Sequence record: PP400787
From: Escherichia phage FL23
Strand: one strand, 5' to 3'
Length of the DNA stretch: 64,000 nt
Below, one piece after another: positions 9,530 to 19,642 of the stretch (the first letter of the stretch is position 1; the number at the start of each line of letters is the position of its first letter). The notes under the pieces were generated by a model. That model was not told the DNA's origin and ran no database searches. It saw only the letters and a program-made list of their open reading frames with translations. A program made the translations under genes and the position numbers.

Positions 9530-9775
9530 ATGGCTAGTACTCGCGGTTATGTTAATATTAAAACATTTGAGCAGAAATTAGATGGAAATAAGAAAATTGA
9601 AGGAAAGGAAATTTCTGTAGCTTTCCCTCTTTATTCTGACGTTCACAAAATTTCTGGTGCTCATTACCAGACGTTCCCTTCAGAAAAAGCAGCATATACT
9701 ACTGTATATGAAGAAAATCAGCGTACTGAATGGATTGCTGCAAACGAAGATTTGTGGAAAGTAACTGGTGGTTAA
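9530..9775 (+). CDS. soc: Soc small outer capsid protein, 81 aa
   Basis: Matches T4 Soc as recalled over the full length. Confidence 0.93.
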   Translation: MASTRGYVNIKTFEQKLDGNKKIEGKEISVAFPLYSDVHKISGAHYQTFPSEKAAYTTVYEENQRTEWIAANEDLWKVTGG

Positions 9776-9783
9776 TAATTCAA

Positions 9784-9808
9784 GGACTCCTTCGGGAGTC
9801 CTTTTTTC
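9784..9808 (+). terminator. intrinsic terminator after soc
   Basis: ggactcc-ttcg-ggagtcc hairpin followed by TTTTTT. Confidence 0.8.
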
Positions 9809-9817
9809 ATTTAAATG

Positions 9818-9847
9818 GTTTACTTTCCAAAATGAGTATGGTATAAT
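9818..9847 (+). promoter_or_regulatory. T4-type early promoter
   Basis: gtttac at -35 and tataat at -10, 18-nt spacer. Confidence 0.6.
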
Positions 9848-9873
9848 AGAATTATCTTATAGAGGAGAGCACT

Positions 9874-10080
9874 ATGTTAAATCGTTGGATTAAACCGAAT
9901 GAAGATTTAGATATTATCATTTCACGGCATGTAATGAAGAAATATGAACTACAGCCATGGTCTACAGAAGTTGTTGTGCATTCATTTATGATGTACGCAG
10001 ATGGTTCTGTTGAATTTAATGCAGAGATTCGATACGATTATGGCGAGAAGCAAGTTGAATTCAAAAGAGGCTTTTTGTAA
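9874..10080 (+). CDS. hypothetical protein (soc.1 position), 68 aa
   Basis: ORF with GGAG RBS. Confidence 0.55.
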   Translation: MLNRWIKPNEDLDIIISRHVMKKYELQPWSTEVVVHSFMMYADGSVEFNAEIRYDYGEKQVEFKRGFL

Positions 10081-10421
10081 TGTTTATCTTTAATTGGTTT
10101 AAAAGTTTCTTTACGGATTTTTTCTCTACAACTCCCGGAGAAGGTGTAGTTCCTATTTCAAATGATTACCTTCCTTTAACTGTAGTTGAATATGTTTATA
10201 TGGGAGATGGAACAGTAGAAGCAGTTACTATGACTTATGAAGAAGCCCAAGAATATTATAAAAATCCTTGGCGCTGGTCAACACCTACTACATCATCTAA
10301 TACGCAGAATACACAGTCTAGTTCTGATTCATATGACACTAATGTTCCTGTTCATGTATGGACGGGCGATTCATGTGGAAGTTCTTGCGATTCTAGTTGT
10401 TCATCTACATCTTGTGATTGA
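10080..10421 (+). CDS. hypothetical protein with Ser/Cys-rich C-terminal tail (soc.2 position), 113 aa
   Basis: ORF; C-terminus [18 protein letters not shown]. Confidence 0.55.
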   Translation: MFIFNWFKSFFTDFFSTTPGEGVVPISNDYLPLTVVEYVYMGDGTVEAVTMTYEEAQEYYKNPWRWSTPTTSSNTQNTQSSSDSYDTNVPVHVWTGDSCGSSCDSSCSSTSCD

Positions 10422-10429
10422 GGAAAATT

Positions 10430-10915
10430 ATGGAAGCGATTTTGTTTGAAATGTCTATCAATAGTATTAGTATGGCGTTTGTCAAGGATGTTCCAATTAC
10501 CGTAGCAGTAATGATTGATAAAAGATATGACAATAACATGTATCTAGTAGAAGATTTTATTTCAATGCCAATTCCAGAAGATGTTGAAATAAAACTTAAA
10601 AAGATCGGAATTATTGAAACTGTACAAAATTCTCCATTTATGGCAATTCAAGCATTTACTAAATCTAACTATATTGATGTTAGTGAAGCATATTATAATA
10701 ATAAACCATTGTCCTTCTATTCATATGATTCAATATATGACTGGAAAATAGATAAGGGAAATAAATTTATAATTACGGAAGAAAATGCGCTATCATATTT
10801 TATTACCTCTTTATGGAATAATTTAAATCCAAATTTACTCAAAATTCATAAATTTGACGATGCTCCTACTATTGTTTTAGGTAAAATAAATGAAAGCTCT
10901 CAAGAAGATTCTTGA
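10430..10915 (+). CDS. mrh: Mrh-like protein (modulator of host rpoH phenotype), 161 aa
   Basis: Position and 161-aa length from ATG 10430. Confidence 0.45.
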   Translation: MEAILFEMSINSISMAFVKDVPITVAVMIDKRYDNNMYLVEDFISMPIPEDVEIKLKKIGIIETVQNSPFMAIQAFTKSNYIDVSEAYYNNKPLSFYSYDSIYDWKIDKGNKFIITEENALSYFITSLWNNLNPNLLKIHKFDDAPTIVLGKINESSQEDS

Positions 10916-11093
10916 ATGGTTCAATAGACCAAACTCAATGTACATTGACGATGGTTGGGTTGAACAAGCAAATAAAGAAATGCAAAACGAATCAGAAGAA
11001 TGGATGAAATCAATGATTAGTGCTGAGAAAGAAAAGAAATTAGAACGCTCAGCGCTTAAATTGATGAGAGACATCTATGGGGATAAATCATGA
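10890..11093 (+). CDS. hypothetical protein, 67 aa
   Basis: ORF in early-gene series. Confidence 0.45.
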   Translation: MKALKKILEWFNRPNSMYIDDGWVEQANKEMQNESEEWMKSMISAEKEKKLERSALKLMRDIYGDKS

Positions 11094-11254
11094 ACAGAGA
11101 TATGACGCTAGAAGAGGCCAAGGCTAAAGCAAATGAAGCATTGGATTTGCTTCTTAAAATTGGCAGTAAAATGATGGAAGAAAATGAGAAATATATCCAG
11201 GAAAACAAAATTCCTGACGGCCCATTAGTAGGCAAGAGGAAATCACATGATTGA
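11090..11254 (+). CDS. hypothetical protein, 54 aa
   Basis: ORF found by reading; ATGA overlaps with both neighbours. Confidence 0.4.
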   Translation: MNRDMTLEEAKAKANEALDLLLKIGSKMMEENEKYIQENKIPDGPLVGKRKSHD

Positions 11255-11717
11255 AGTAGCAAAACATTATTCAATAGAATTTATGTCTAAAGAAGGTAAA
11301 TCGGTAAATACACTTGATAAAAAGTGCTCATTAATTATTCCTTTAGCAGAAAATCCGGATATTTTAATTAAAGATATAAAAGAAAGAAAATATCCAGAAA
11401 ATGTTATTCTAATTATAAAGCATACTGAAGATATTTTGCAGAACACTGATTCACCATTTTCTTCTTCTGAAGCTTTAACTATTAAAGGCTATAAAAGAGC
11501 TCATGAATATGGTCTTTTTGACCTGTTTGAAGACGATAAAGTTAAATTAGTTAGTCAACCTTCTAAAAGTAAAACATTCATTATTGAAGATATTAAAGAT
11601 ATAAATGCATTTGTTAAGATGGTCTGGGCTCATTTTGATGTTGGACTACGCTGGAGAATGTCCGAAGAAGAAAGAAAGATTATTGAAACTAATCGTTATT
11701 TTGGTTTTTATCGCTAG
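11247..11717 (+). CDS. hypothetical protein, 156 aa
   Basis: ORF in early-gene series. Confidence 0.5.
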   Translation: MIEVAKHYSIEFMSKEGKSVNTLDKKCSLIIPLAENPDILIKDIKERKYPENVILIIKHTEDILQNTDSPFSSSEALTIKGYKRAHEYGLFDLFEDDKVKLVSQPSKSKTFIIEDIKDINAFVKMVWAHFDVGLRWRMSEEERKIIETNRYFGFYR

Positions 11718-11725
11718 GAATTAAT

Positions 11726-11908
11726 ATGGATTTATTTGAGATGTTAGAAGATAATCATTCTACGAATATCCAGAATGATTCTAGTGATTATAAGAAAGAG
11801 TACCGTATAGTATTACAGAATTATGGAATTGAAGCCCCAGATGCTCTTTTAGAAGAACTAGCTTCATACCATCTTGACCCTCCGCCCTGGGCTCCCTGGG
11901 CAAAATAA
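11726..11908 (+). CDS. hypothetical protein, 60 aa
   Basis: ORF with RBS. Confidence 0.4.
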   Translation: MDLFEMLEDNHSTNIQNDSSDYKKEYRIVLQNYGIEAPDALLEELASYHLDPPPWAPWAK

Positions 11909-11918
11909 TTCAAAAAGT

Positions 11919-11950
11919 TGTTTACTTTCCTTCCTAACAATGATATGATA
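11919..11950 (+). promoter_or_regulatory. T4-type early promoter
   Basis: gtttac -35, tatgat -10 upstream of modB. Confidence 0.5.
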
Positions 11951-11975
11951 GCTTCTGAAGTATATGGAGGCTATC

Positions 11976-12599
11976 ATGATTATTAATCTTGCAGATGTTG
12001 AACAGTTATCTATAAAAGCTGAAAGTGTCGATTTTCAATATGATATGTATAAAAAGGTCTGTGAAAAATTTACTGACTTTGAACAGTCAGTTCTTTGGCA
12101 ATGTATGGAAGCCAAAAAGAATGAAGCTCTTCATCGGCAGTTGAATAAAATCATTAAAAAGCATTTAACTGAATCACCTTATCAGTTATATCGTGGTATA
12201 TCAAAATCGACAAAAGAACTTATTAAAGATTTACAAGTTGGAGAAGTGTTTTCAACGAACAGAGTAGATTCATTTACTACTAGTTTGCATACAGCGTGTT
12301 CTTTTTCTTATGCTGAATATTTCACTGAAATAGTACTTCGCTTAAAAACTGATAAAGCTTTTAATTACTCTGACCATATCAGCGATATTATACTTTCTTC
12401 TCCTAATACTGAGTTTAAGTACACGTATGAAGATACTGATGGATTAGATTCAGAGCGTACTGATAACTTAATGATGATTGTGCATGAACAAGAATGGATG
12501 ATTCCAATTGGAAAGTATAAAATAACTTCTATTTCAAAAGAAAAATTACACAATTCATTTGGAACATTTAAAGTTTATGATATTGAGGTAGTTGAATGA
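11976..12599 (+). CDS. modB: ModB ADP-ribosyltransferase, 207 aa
   Basis: GGAGG RBS then ATG 11976; 207 aa; paralogous to the following ORF; position as T4 modB. Confidence 0.75.
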   Translation: MIINLADVEQLSIKAESVDFQYDMYKKVCEKFTDFEQSVLWQCMEAKKNEALHRQLNKIIKKHLTESPYQLYRGISKSTKELIKDLQVGEVFSTNRVDSFTTSLHTACSFSYAEYFTEIVLRLKTDKAFNYSDHISDIILSSPNTEFKYTYEDTDGLDSERTDNLMMIVHEQEWMIPIGKYKITSISKEKLHNSFGTFKVYDIEVVE

Positions 12600-13198
12600 A
12601 ATACTCAGTAATGCAACTAAAAGATTTTAAAATAAAATCAATGGATGCATCGGTGCGTGCTTCTATTCGTGAAGAATTACTTTCTGAAGGGTTTAATTTA
12701 TCTGAAATTGAACTTTTAATTCATTGTATTACCAACAAACCAGATGACCATACTTGGTTAAATGAAATAATCAAATCTCGTTTGGAACCAAACGATAAAC
12801 CTCTTTGGAGAGGTGTTCCAGCTGAGACTAAACAAGTATTAAATCAAGGAATTGATATTATTAAATTTGATAAAGTAGTATCAGCTTCATATGATAAAAA
12901 TATAGCTCTACATTTTGCTTCCGGTTTAGAGTATAACACACAAGTTATTTTTGAATTCAAAGCTCCTATGGTATTCAATTTCCAGGAGTATGCTATAAAA
13001 GCTCTACGCTGTAAAGAATACAATCCAAACTTTAAGTTTCCGGATAGTCATCGTTATCGTAATATGGAATTAGTTTCAGATGAACAAGAAGTAATGATAC
13101 CAGCTGGAAGTGTATTTAGAATTGCAGATAGATATGAGTACAAAAAGTATTCAACATACACTATCTATACTCTTGAATTTGAAGGATTTAATCTATAA
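12596..13198 (+). CDS. modA: ModA ADP-ribosyltransferase, 200 aa
   Basis: 200 aa; shared architecture with ModB; position as T4 modA. Confidence 0.75.
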   Translation: MKYSVMQLKDFKIKSMDASVRASIREELLSEGFNLSEIELLIHCITNKPDDHTWLNEIIKSRLEPNDKPLWRGVPAETKQVLNQGIDIIKFDKVVSASYDKNIALHFASGLEYNTQVIFEFKAPMVFNFQEYAIKALRCKEYNPNFKFPDSHRYRNMELVSDEQEVMIPAGSVFRIADRYEYKKYSTYTIYTLEFEGFNL

Positions 13199-13255
13199 TG
13201 GAAGGACTTAGATTCATTATACCATGAAAGTTTTAAAGCATTTTTACATAAAGTT

Positions 13256-13288
13256 GTTTACAAGTTAAGGTAAAAATGTTATAGTATA
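13256..13288 (+). promoter_or_regulatory. T4-type early promoter
   Basis: gtttacaagttaaggtaaaaatgttatagtat. Confidence 0.5.
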
Positions 13289-13321
13289 AGTAGTTAACCG
13301 TCCGTAAGATGTGAGAAAAAT

Positions 13322-14068
13322 ATGAAGCTGTCTAATAATCAAATTCGTAAAATTAAACGTCGTCTAGAGCATACTCAGGCATCTGCAAAAAGACGTTCTA
13401 AAGATTTTAACTTAGACTTCAATTACATTAAGAACATTTTAGATCAGAAAGTTTGTGCTTACTCGGGAGAACCTTTTGATAATCGTATTGAAGGAGAGAA
13501 ATTATCATTAGAACGTTTTGATAATAACGTTGGATACATTAAAGGGAATGTTATTGCAGTAAAGAAAAAGTATAATACATTTCGTTCTGATTATACTTTA
13601 GAAGAGTTGATTGAAAAGCGTGATTTATTTGCTTTGCGAATTGGTCGTTCATCTGCGAAAAAAGTTCATAAACTAAATTTAGATGAAAAGAAATGGGCTA
13701 AAATCAAAAAGACTTATAATCAAATTAAAGCTATACAGAAAAAACGTGAAAACCGAATTGAACACATTTCTCAGCTTTCTAAATCAAAACAGACCTCTGA
13801 CATTAAGCTAAGGATTATAGCGCTTAAAGCTCGTATTGATGGTTCTCGCATAGCAGAAGGCGTTGAAGTTGTTAAATTGAACGTTCTTCTTAAAGGCTCG
13901 GATTGGAAAATTGTGAAAAAGTTGTCAGAAGCAGAAATGCAATATGATATGTGTGATAAAATTATTCAAGGTGTAGAGCGGTATCAAAACTTGTCTTTTA
14001 TTGATAAACTTAAACTGAAAAGAGGATATCCGCTAAATTGTTCAATTTTTAAACTTATCCGAGGATAA
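13322..14068 (+). CDS. srd: Srd-position protein (anti-sigma-like), basic, 248 aa
   Basis: Position between modA and dda.1; lysine/arginine-rich. Confidence 0.5.
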   Translation: MKLSNNQIRKIKRRLEHTQASAKRRSKDFNLDFNYIKNILDQKVCAYSGEPFDNRIEGEKLSLERFDNNVGYIKGNVIAVKKKYNTFRSDYTLEELIEKRDLFALRIGRSSAKKVHKLNLDEKKWAKIKKTYNQIKAIQKKRENRIEHISQLSKSKQTSDIKLRIIALKARIDGSRIAEGVEVVKLNVLLKGSDWKIVKKLSEAEMQYDMCDKIIQGVERYQNLSFIDKLKLKRGYPLNCSIFKLIRG

Positions 14069-14069
14069 T

Positions 14070-14381
14070 ATGGTTTATGTATATGCGATAGTTTACCGAG
14101 ACAAAGACGGATTTACGGCGCCAGTTCCGCTTGATGAACATCGTCCTGCTGTATTTTTTGAATGGAAGATTGCTGATAAAGTATTTACCACTCTTAAAGA
14201 GCAGTATCAACTAGCTTTAGGTAAGGGAATTCCAAGATTAGTTGAGACTCCACGTAAATTTTGGTTTAATAAAATAGAAGTTAAACATGTTAAGCCTGAC
14301 GTAGACACACAAAGATTATATCAGCGAATTTTAGATACTGGGCGTATTGTTAGTATACCAATTGCAGGGAATTTACGATGA
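14070..14381 (+). CDS. hypothetical protein (dda.1 position), 103 aa
   Basis: ORF; ATGA overlap with dda. Confidence 0.55.
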   Translation: MVYVYAIVYRDKDGFTAPVPLDEHRPAVFFEWKIADKVFTTLKEQYQLALGKGIPRLVETPRKFWFNKIEVKHVKPDVDTQRLYQRILDTGRIVSIPIAGNLR

Positions 14382-15697
14382 CATTTGATGATTTGACCGA
14401 AGGCCAGAAAAATGCCTTTAACATTGTTATGAAGGCTATTAAAGAAAAGAAACATCATGTAACTATTAATGGACCTGCTGGTACTGGTAAGACTACTCTT
14501 ACCAAGTTCATCATTGAAGCTTTAATATCTACGGGTGAAACTGGTATTATTTTAGCAGCTCCTACTCATGCAGCTAAAAAGATTCTTTCAAAACTATCAG
14601 GGAAAGAAGCAAGTACTATTCATAGTATTCTTAAAATTAACCCAGTAACATATGAAGAAAATGTTCTTTTTGAACAGAAGGAAGTACCAGATTTAGCTAA
14701 ATGCAGAGTATTAATCTGCGACGAAGTGTCAATGTATGATAGAAAGCTATTTAAAATTTTGCTTTCAACTATTCCACCATGGTGTACTATAATTGGAATA
14801 GGAGATAATAAGCAAATTAGACCTGTTGACCCAGGAGAAAACACTGCTTATATCAGTCCATTCTTTACACATAAAGATTTTTATCAGTGTGAACTCACTG
14901 AAGTTAAACGCAGTAATGCTCCTATTATTGATGTAGCTACTGATGTTCGCAACGGTAAGTGGATTTATGATAAAATTGTTGACGGGCATGGAGTACGTGG
15001 ATTTACTGGTGATACCGCTTTACGCGATTTTATGGTAAATTATTTTTCAATCGTAAAATCACTAGATGATTTGTTTGAAAATCGCGTAATGGCATTTACG
15101 AATAAATCTGTTGACAAGTTAAATAGCATTATTCGCAAAAAGATTTTTGAAACTGATAAAGATTTTATCGTTGGTGAAATTATTGTAATGCAGGAACCAT
15201 TAATTAAAACATATAAAATTGATGGAAAGCCTGTGTCAGAAATTATTTTTAATAACGGACAATTAGTTCGTATTATAGAAGCAGAGTATACATCAACGTT
15301 TGTTAAAGCTCGTGGTGTTTCTGGAGAATATCTAATTCGTCATTGGGATTTAACAGTAGAAACTTACGGCGATGATGAATATTATCGTGAAAAGATTAAA
15401 ATAATTTCATCTGATGAAGAGCTGTATAAGTTTAACTTATTTTTAGGTAAAACGGCAGAAACTTATAAAAATTGGAATAAAGGTGGAAAAGCTCCATGGA
15501 GTGATTTTTGGGATGCTAAATCGCAGTTTAGTAAAGTGAAAGCACTTCCTGCATCAACATTCCATAAAGCTCAGGGCATGTCTGTAGACCGTGCTTTTAT
15601 CTATACGCCTTGTATTCATTATGCAGATGCTGAACTAGCTCAGCAGCTTCTTTATGTTGGTGTAACACGTGGTCGTTATGATGTGTTTTACGTATGA
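14378..15697 (+). CDS. dda: Dda DNA helicase (SF1), 439 aa
   Basis: Matches T4 Dda as recalled; Walker A GPAGTGKT. Confidence 0.95.
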   Translation: MTFDDLTEGQKNAFNIVMKAIKEKKHHVTINGPAGTGKTTLTKFIIEALISTGETGIILAAPTHAAKKILSKLSGKEASTIHSILKINPVTYEENVLFEQKEVPDLAKCRVLICDEVSMYDRKLFKILLSTIPPWCTIIGIGDNKQIRPVDPGENTAYISPFFTHKDFYQCELTEVKRSNAPIIDVATDVRNGKWIYDKIVDGHGVRGFTGDTALRDFMVNYFSIVKSLDDLFENRVMAFTNKSVDKLNSIIRKKIFETDKDFIVGEIIVMQEPLIKTYKIDGKPVSEIIFNNGQLVRIIEAEYTSTFVKARGVSGEYLIRHWDLTVETYGDDEYYREKIKIISSDEELYKFNLFLGKTAETYKNWNKGGKAPWSDFWDAKSQFSKVKALPASTFHKAQGMSVDRAFIYTPCIHYADAELAQQLLYVGVTRGRYDVFYV

Positions 15698-15718
15698 TTA
15701 AATTCGAGGAAGCTATTC

Positions 15719-15964
15719 GTGGAAATAACTAAAGACCAGTTTTATCTGCTCCAAGATAAAGTAAGCGAAATTTATGAAATAGCTTATAGCAAAAATCGCA
15801 AAAATGTGAAAACTGAATCAGGCAAGTTAATGCTTCAATTGGAAGAAATCGAACGAGATTTGATTGCGTTAGAATTCTTTTGTGGTGAAGTAAAAACTGT
15901 TACAATCAGTGATTACATTTTAGGTGAAATTAGCCATCTTTATAAGGCGGTTATTAATGATTGA
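15719..15964 (+). CDS. hypothetical protein (dexA.2 position), 81 aa
   Basis: GTG start after GAGGA; paralogous to next ORF. Confidence 0.5.
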   Translation: MEITKDQFYLLQDKVSEIYEIAYSKNRKNVKTESGKLMLQLEEIERDLIALEFFCGEVKTVTISDYILGEISHLYKAVIND

Positions 15965-16199
15965 ATTAAGTTGGTGTCAGTTTAAATCTCTTATGACAAA
16001 TGTTAAAGCTGTCATTGAGGAAAATCCAGGACCTGATAATGTTACTATTCGCGAAAAAGCTTCAAAGATAGTATACAGTCTTGAAGAGATACAAAAAGAT
16101 ATTGAATCTATGACAAAATTTATTGATGAGCCCATTAATAAAGTTTATATCCAAGATTATACTGTAGGTCAAATTCGCGATTTAGCAAGGAAAATTTAA
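15957..16199 (+). CDS. hypothetical protein (dexA.1 position), 80 aa
   Basis: ATG 15957; shares LEEI(E/Q)(R/K)D(L/I)...(S/Q)DY..G(E/Q)I..L pattern with previous ORF. Confidence 0.5.
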   Translation: MIELSWCQFKSLMTNVKAVIEENPGPDNVTIREKASKIVYSLEEIQKDIESMTKFIDEPINKVYIQDYTVGQIRDLARKI

Positions 16200-16882
16200 T
16201 GTTTGATTTTATTATAGATTTTGAAACAATGGGAAGTGGTGAAAAAGCAGCTGTTATTGATTTGGCTGTTATTGCCTTTGACCCTAATCCAGAAGTAGTT
16301 GAAACATTTGATGAATTAGTTTCACGTGGCATTAAAATCAAATTTGATTTAAAAAGCCAAAAAGGACATCGTCTTTTTACTAAAAGCACTATTGAATGGT
16401 GGAAAAATCAGTCTCCTGAAGCTCGAAAAAATATTGCGCCATCAGATGAAGATGTAAGCACCATCGATGGTATTGCAAAATTTAATGATTACATCAATGC
16501 GCATAACATCGATCCTTGGAAATCTCAAGGCTGGTGCCGTGGAATGTCATTTGATTTTCCAATTTTAGTCGATCTCATTCGCGATATTCAACGTCTTAAT
16601 GGCGTTTCTGAGAATGAACTTGACACATTTAAGTTAGAACCATGTAAATTCTGGAATCAGCGTGATATTCGTACCAGAATTGAAGCACTTCTTCTTGTTC
16701 GTGATATGACCACGTGTCCTCTTCCAAAGGGAACTTTAGATGGATTCGTTGCACATGATTCTATTCATGACTGTGCGAAAGACATCCTGATGATGAAGTA
16801 TGCTTTGCGATATGCTATGGGTCTTGAAGATGCTCCGTCAGAGGAAGAGTGCGATCCTCTGTCTCTTCCAACAAAACGATAA
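16199..16882 (+). CDS. dexA: DexA exonuclease A (DEDD 3'-5' exonuclease), 227 aa
   Basis: Matches T4 DexA as recalled. Confidence 0.9.
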   Translation: MFDFIIDFETMGSGEKAAVIDLAVIAFDPNPEVVETFDELVSRGIKIKFDLKSQKGHRLFTKSTIEWWKNQSPEARKNIAPSDEDVSTIDGIAKFNDYINAHNIDPWKSQGWCRGMSFDFPILVDLIRDIQRLNGVSENELDTFKLEPCKFWNQRDIRTRIEALLLVRDMTTCPLPKGTLDGFVAHDSIHDCAKDILMMKYALRYAMGLEDAPSEEECDPLSLPTKR

Positions 16883-16888
16883 AAAGTT

Positions 16889-16920
16889 GTTTACTTCCTC
16901 GGTTAGTTGTGGTATTATAA
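16889..16920 (+). promoter_or_regulatory. T4-type early promoter
   Basis: gtttacttcctcggttagttgtggtattataa. Confidence 0.6.
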
Positions 16921-16945
16921 CACCATAGCTACTGAGGATAATAAA

Positions 16946-17446
16946 ATGAAAATTTATCGTGTTGAATCATCTTTTAGTATTCTTAATTATGAAGATGCTA
17001 TAACAATACGTCGAAATCTTTGTGTTCAAATAACGCCGTACAGGAGTATAATAGATTCATGGAGCGAAGAGTGGTTATTACACGTAGGTTATGATAGACC
17101 TAATTTTATGCATCATAGCGATAATAATAAAAGAATTCCTTTACCACACGAAGATAAACTATTAGTTAAAAACGCTAATATAGTAATTAATACTAAGTTC
17201 AAGAAAGATTATGTTGGAGTAGAATATCATATTCCCGGATGGTTTATAGGTCTTTATCATTTTGCTTTCGCTAGTGAATATGATATGATGAGATGGTTCA
17301 CACGAGAAGAGCGTGAAGAATTAGCTTCTAAAGGATTTTATCTTGCTGTATACGAAGTTCCTGAAGATGAAGTTATCATTGGCGGGCACCAAGTAATGTT
17401 CCGCAAATCGCATGCTGAATTAAAAGGCTTTATTACCTTAGATTAA
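16946..17446 (+). CDS. hypothetical protein, 166 aa
   Basis: ORF from ATG 16946 (track ORF starts upstream at 16907). Confidence 0.5.
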   Translation: MKIYRVESSFSILNYEDAITIRRNLCVQITPYRSIIDSWSEEWLLHVGYDRPNFMHHSDNNKRIPLPHEDKLLVKNANIVINTKFKKDYVGVEYHIPGWFIGLYHFAFASEYDMMRWFTREEREELASKGFYLAVYEVPEDEVIIGGHQVMFRKSHAELKGFITLD

Positions 17447-17456
17447 AGAGAAAATT

Positions 17457-17891
17457 ATGATTAAAATTAATACTACGTATCAAATGAAAAAACCGTCTGA
17501 AATTGATTTTCAGACAATGTCGAATACGACTGATAGCAAGTTTTGGGAACTTCTTGGTACAACTGGCGGATATCCTTTTACTGTTATTAGTGTTAATAGC
17601 GGAATTCTCATTGGTACAGTGTACATGGAAATTAGAAACTATTATGGAAGGGTATCATCATTCATCATCTATGAAGAAGATTTTAATCTATTGACAGAAA
17701 TTGAAAAATATGAAGACCCGACTGATTTGTTGTGTAAGGCAGTTTATATTCGTCGTCCATTCGCGAATCCGATTGGCGGTTGGGTAACTGACCAGTGGAT
17801 TGAAGATGGCGTTGAACTTCTTAATGTAGTTCATGCTGGAGAGTATTCTGTCGTTCCTCGCAGCGCAGTGATTAATGTTCGTGTAAGCTAG
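17457..17891 (+). CDS. MotB-family paralog, 144 aa
   Basis: C-terminus (TDQWIEDGVELLNVVHAGEYSVVP) parallels the next ORF. Confidence 0.5.
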   Translation: MIKINTTYQMKKPSEIDFQTMSNTTDSKFWELLGTTGGYPFTVISVNSGILIGTVYMEIRNYYGRVSSFIIYEEDFNLLTEIEKYEDPTDLLCKAVYIRRPFANPIGGWVTDQWIEDGVELLNVVHAGEYSVVPRSAVINVRVS

Positions 17892-17920
17892 TTTACAAAC
17901 TCTTGGGACCAGAGTATAAT
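17891..17920 (+). promoter_or_regulatory. T4-type early promoter
   Basis: gtttac -35, tataat -10; -10 lies inside a gggacc/ggtccc hairpin. Confidence 0.55.
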
Positions 17921-17964
17921 GGTCCCGCGGAGTATAAAATCTTTTTAACAAGTGAGAAATAACT

Positions 17965-18462
17965 ATGATTATTAATATTGGTGAATTAGCTCGTGTATCT
18001 GATAAATCCCGCTCTAAAGCAGCAGGAAAATTGGTCGAAATTGTAAGCATTCAGCTTAAACATGGCGTTAAAGATGAAGATTCTGAAGTAAAAGTGCGTA
18101 TCATTCCTAAAGATGGAAAGTCTAAACCCCAGTTTGGCTATGTTCGTGCGAAATTTCTTGAATCTGCGTTTTTGAAAGCTGTTCCTGCTAAAGGAATTGA
18201 AACGATTGATACTTCGCATGTAGGCGTAGACTTTAAGTGGAAACTCGGTCAAGCTATTAAGTTCGTTGCTCCTTATGAATTCGAATTTACTGAAGATGAG
18301 GAAGGGGTTGTTCAAAAACACCGTACTCGTGCTATGTGCGCATACATTACCGATCAGTGGGTAGAAGATGGTGTTAAGCTGTACAACGCGGTATTTTTAG
18401 GAACATACAAAGTCATTCCTGAAAGTTGGATTAAACACTACAGCAAAGCTCGTTGTGCATAA
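17965..18462 (+). CDS. motB: MotB-like protein (modifier of transcription), 165 aa
   Basis: Size and position; C-terminal domain shared with preceding ORF. Confidence 0.55.
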   Translation: MIINIGELARVSDKSRSKAAGKLVEIVSIQLKHGVKDEDSEVKVRIIPKDGKSKPQFGYVRAKFLESAFLKAVPAKGIETIDTSHVGVDFKWKLGQAIKFVAPYEFEFTEDEEGVVQKHRTRAMCAYITDQWVEDGVKLYNAVFLGTYKVIPESWIKHYSKARCA

Positions 18463-18558
18463 AGTTTAAATTTTTTCATAAAACTATATACATCAGTAGT
18501 TGATTATGGTACTATATCAATATCAACTACTGATACAGAAAACAACTTGGAGAATAAA

Positions 18559-18828
18559 ATGGAAAACTTAATTATCATCGAGCAATCTTTTAATGATTAT
18601 GGTATGGCTTACGGTTATCGTGCGATAATGGAAGATTCTCGTGGATGTGTTATCGATATTGCTGAATGTAAAGATTTACTGCAGCTTTTGAAGATTGTTC
18701 GTAAAAATTGGGATTGTGAAAACATTAAAGTTCGTGTTGTAACGGAAGAAGAAACTGTTTTTCATGATGTAAAATTTGCCAAAGGTGCTGCTACTCTTCT
18801 GAAACGCATCGCTCCACTGTTCAATTAA
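18559..18828 (+). CDS. hypothetical protein, 89 aa
   Basis: ATG 18559 after GGAGAA; track ORF begins at upstream TTG. Confidence 0.45.
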   Translation: MENLIIIEQSFNDYGMAYGYRAIMEDSRGCVIDIAECKDLLQLLKIVRKNWDCENIKVRVVTEEETVFHDVKFAKGAATLLKRIAPLFN

Positions 18829-18841
18829 TGAGGAAATTGTA

Positions 18842-19057
18842 ATGAAACGTAAAACTGTTCAGAAATGCACTAATGACGAATTTGAAGATGTATTATTCGA
18901 TCCAGATTTGGTAGTGGTTCAAAAGGAACACACTGCTAAGTTTACTCACTTGACTTCAGTTTATGTGTATGAAAAGGTTGGTGATAAACAACCGATTTAT
19001 GGTGTATTCCGTGAAATCACTGAAGACTGTACAACTTACTGGAAGGAAATTTATTAA
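18842..19057 (+). CDS. hypothetical protein, 71 aa (size and position compatible with cef)
   Basis: ORF; ATGA overlap with next. Confidence 0.4.
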   Translation: MKRKTVQKCTNDEFEDVLFDPDLVVVQKEHTAKFTHLTSVYVYEKVGDKQPIYGVFREITEDCTTYWKEIY

Positions 19058-19461
19058 TGGCTATTAGATTTGAAGTTAATAAATGGTATCAATTTAAAAA
19101 TAAACAAGCTCAAGAAGCTTTTATTAAAGACCATACTGATAACGGAATCTACGCACGCCGTTTAGGTATGGAACCTTTTAAAATTTTAGATGTTGACCAT
19201 CTCAGTCGTCCTACTAAAATTGTGACATCCACAGGTGTACTCAAACGTTGTGCCGGCGCTGATATCCTTGACGAAAACTTTATCTGGCTCTCTACTAACG
19301 AAGCTGAGTTCTTTGATGAAGTGGAAAATCCATACCAAGCTTCTGAAGAGCAAGAACAGATAGAAGATTTTACAGAATTCCCGGTAATGAAAGTTACTAT
19401 TGAAAATAATGAACATGCATGGTCCTTGTATCAGATGTTGAAAGCACATTTTAAGGAATAA
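19057..19461 (+). CDS. hypothetical protein, 134 aa (goF position)
   Basis: ORF. Confidence 0.45.
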   Translation: MAIRFEVNKWYQFKNKQAQEAFIKDHTDNGIYARRLGMEPFKILDVDHLSRPTKIVTSTGVLKRCAGADILDENFIWLSTNEAEFFDEVENPYQASEEQEQIEDFTEFPVMKVTIENNEHAWSLYQMLKAHFKE

Positions 19462-19463
19462 TT

Positions 19464-19640
19464 ATGCCAATGTATGATTATAAATGCCAATCCGAAGATT
19501 GCGGGCATGAATATGAAAAAATTAAAAAGATTTCTGAACGAGAAAATGATGTTTGCCCTAAATGTCATCGTCTGTCTATTCGTCGGCCTTCTGCTCCTAA
19601 GCATGTGAATGGCGGTTTTTACGACTTACTTAAAGGGTAA
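19464..19640 (+). CDS. zinc-ribbon protein (CxxC...CxxC), 58 aa
   Basis: MPMYDYKCQSEDCGHEYE...CPKCH pattern typical of FmdB-like Zn ribbons; found by reading. Confidence 0.5.
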   Translation: MPMYDYKCQSEDCGHEYEKIKKISERENDVCPKCHRLSIRRPSAPKHVNGGFYDLLKG

Positions 19641-19642
19641 TT

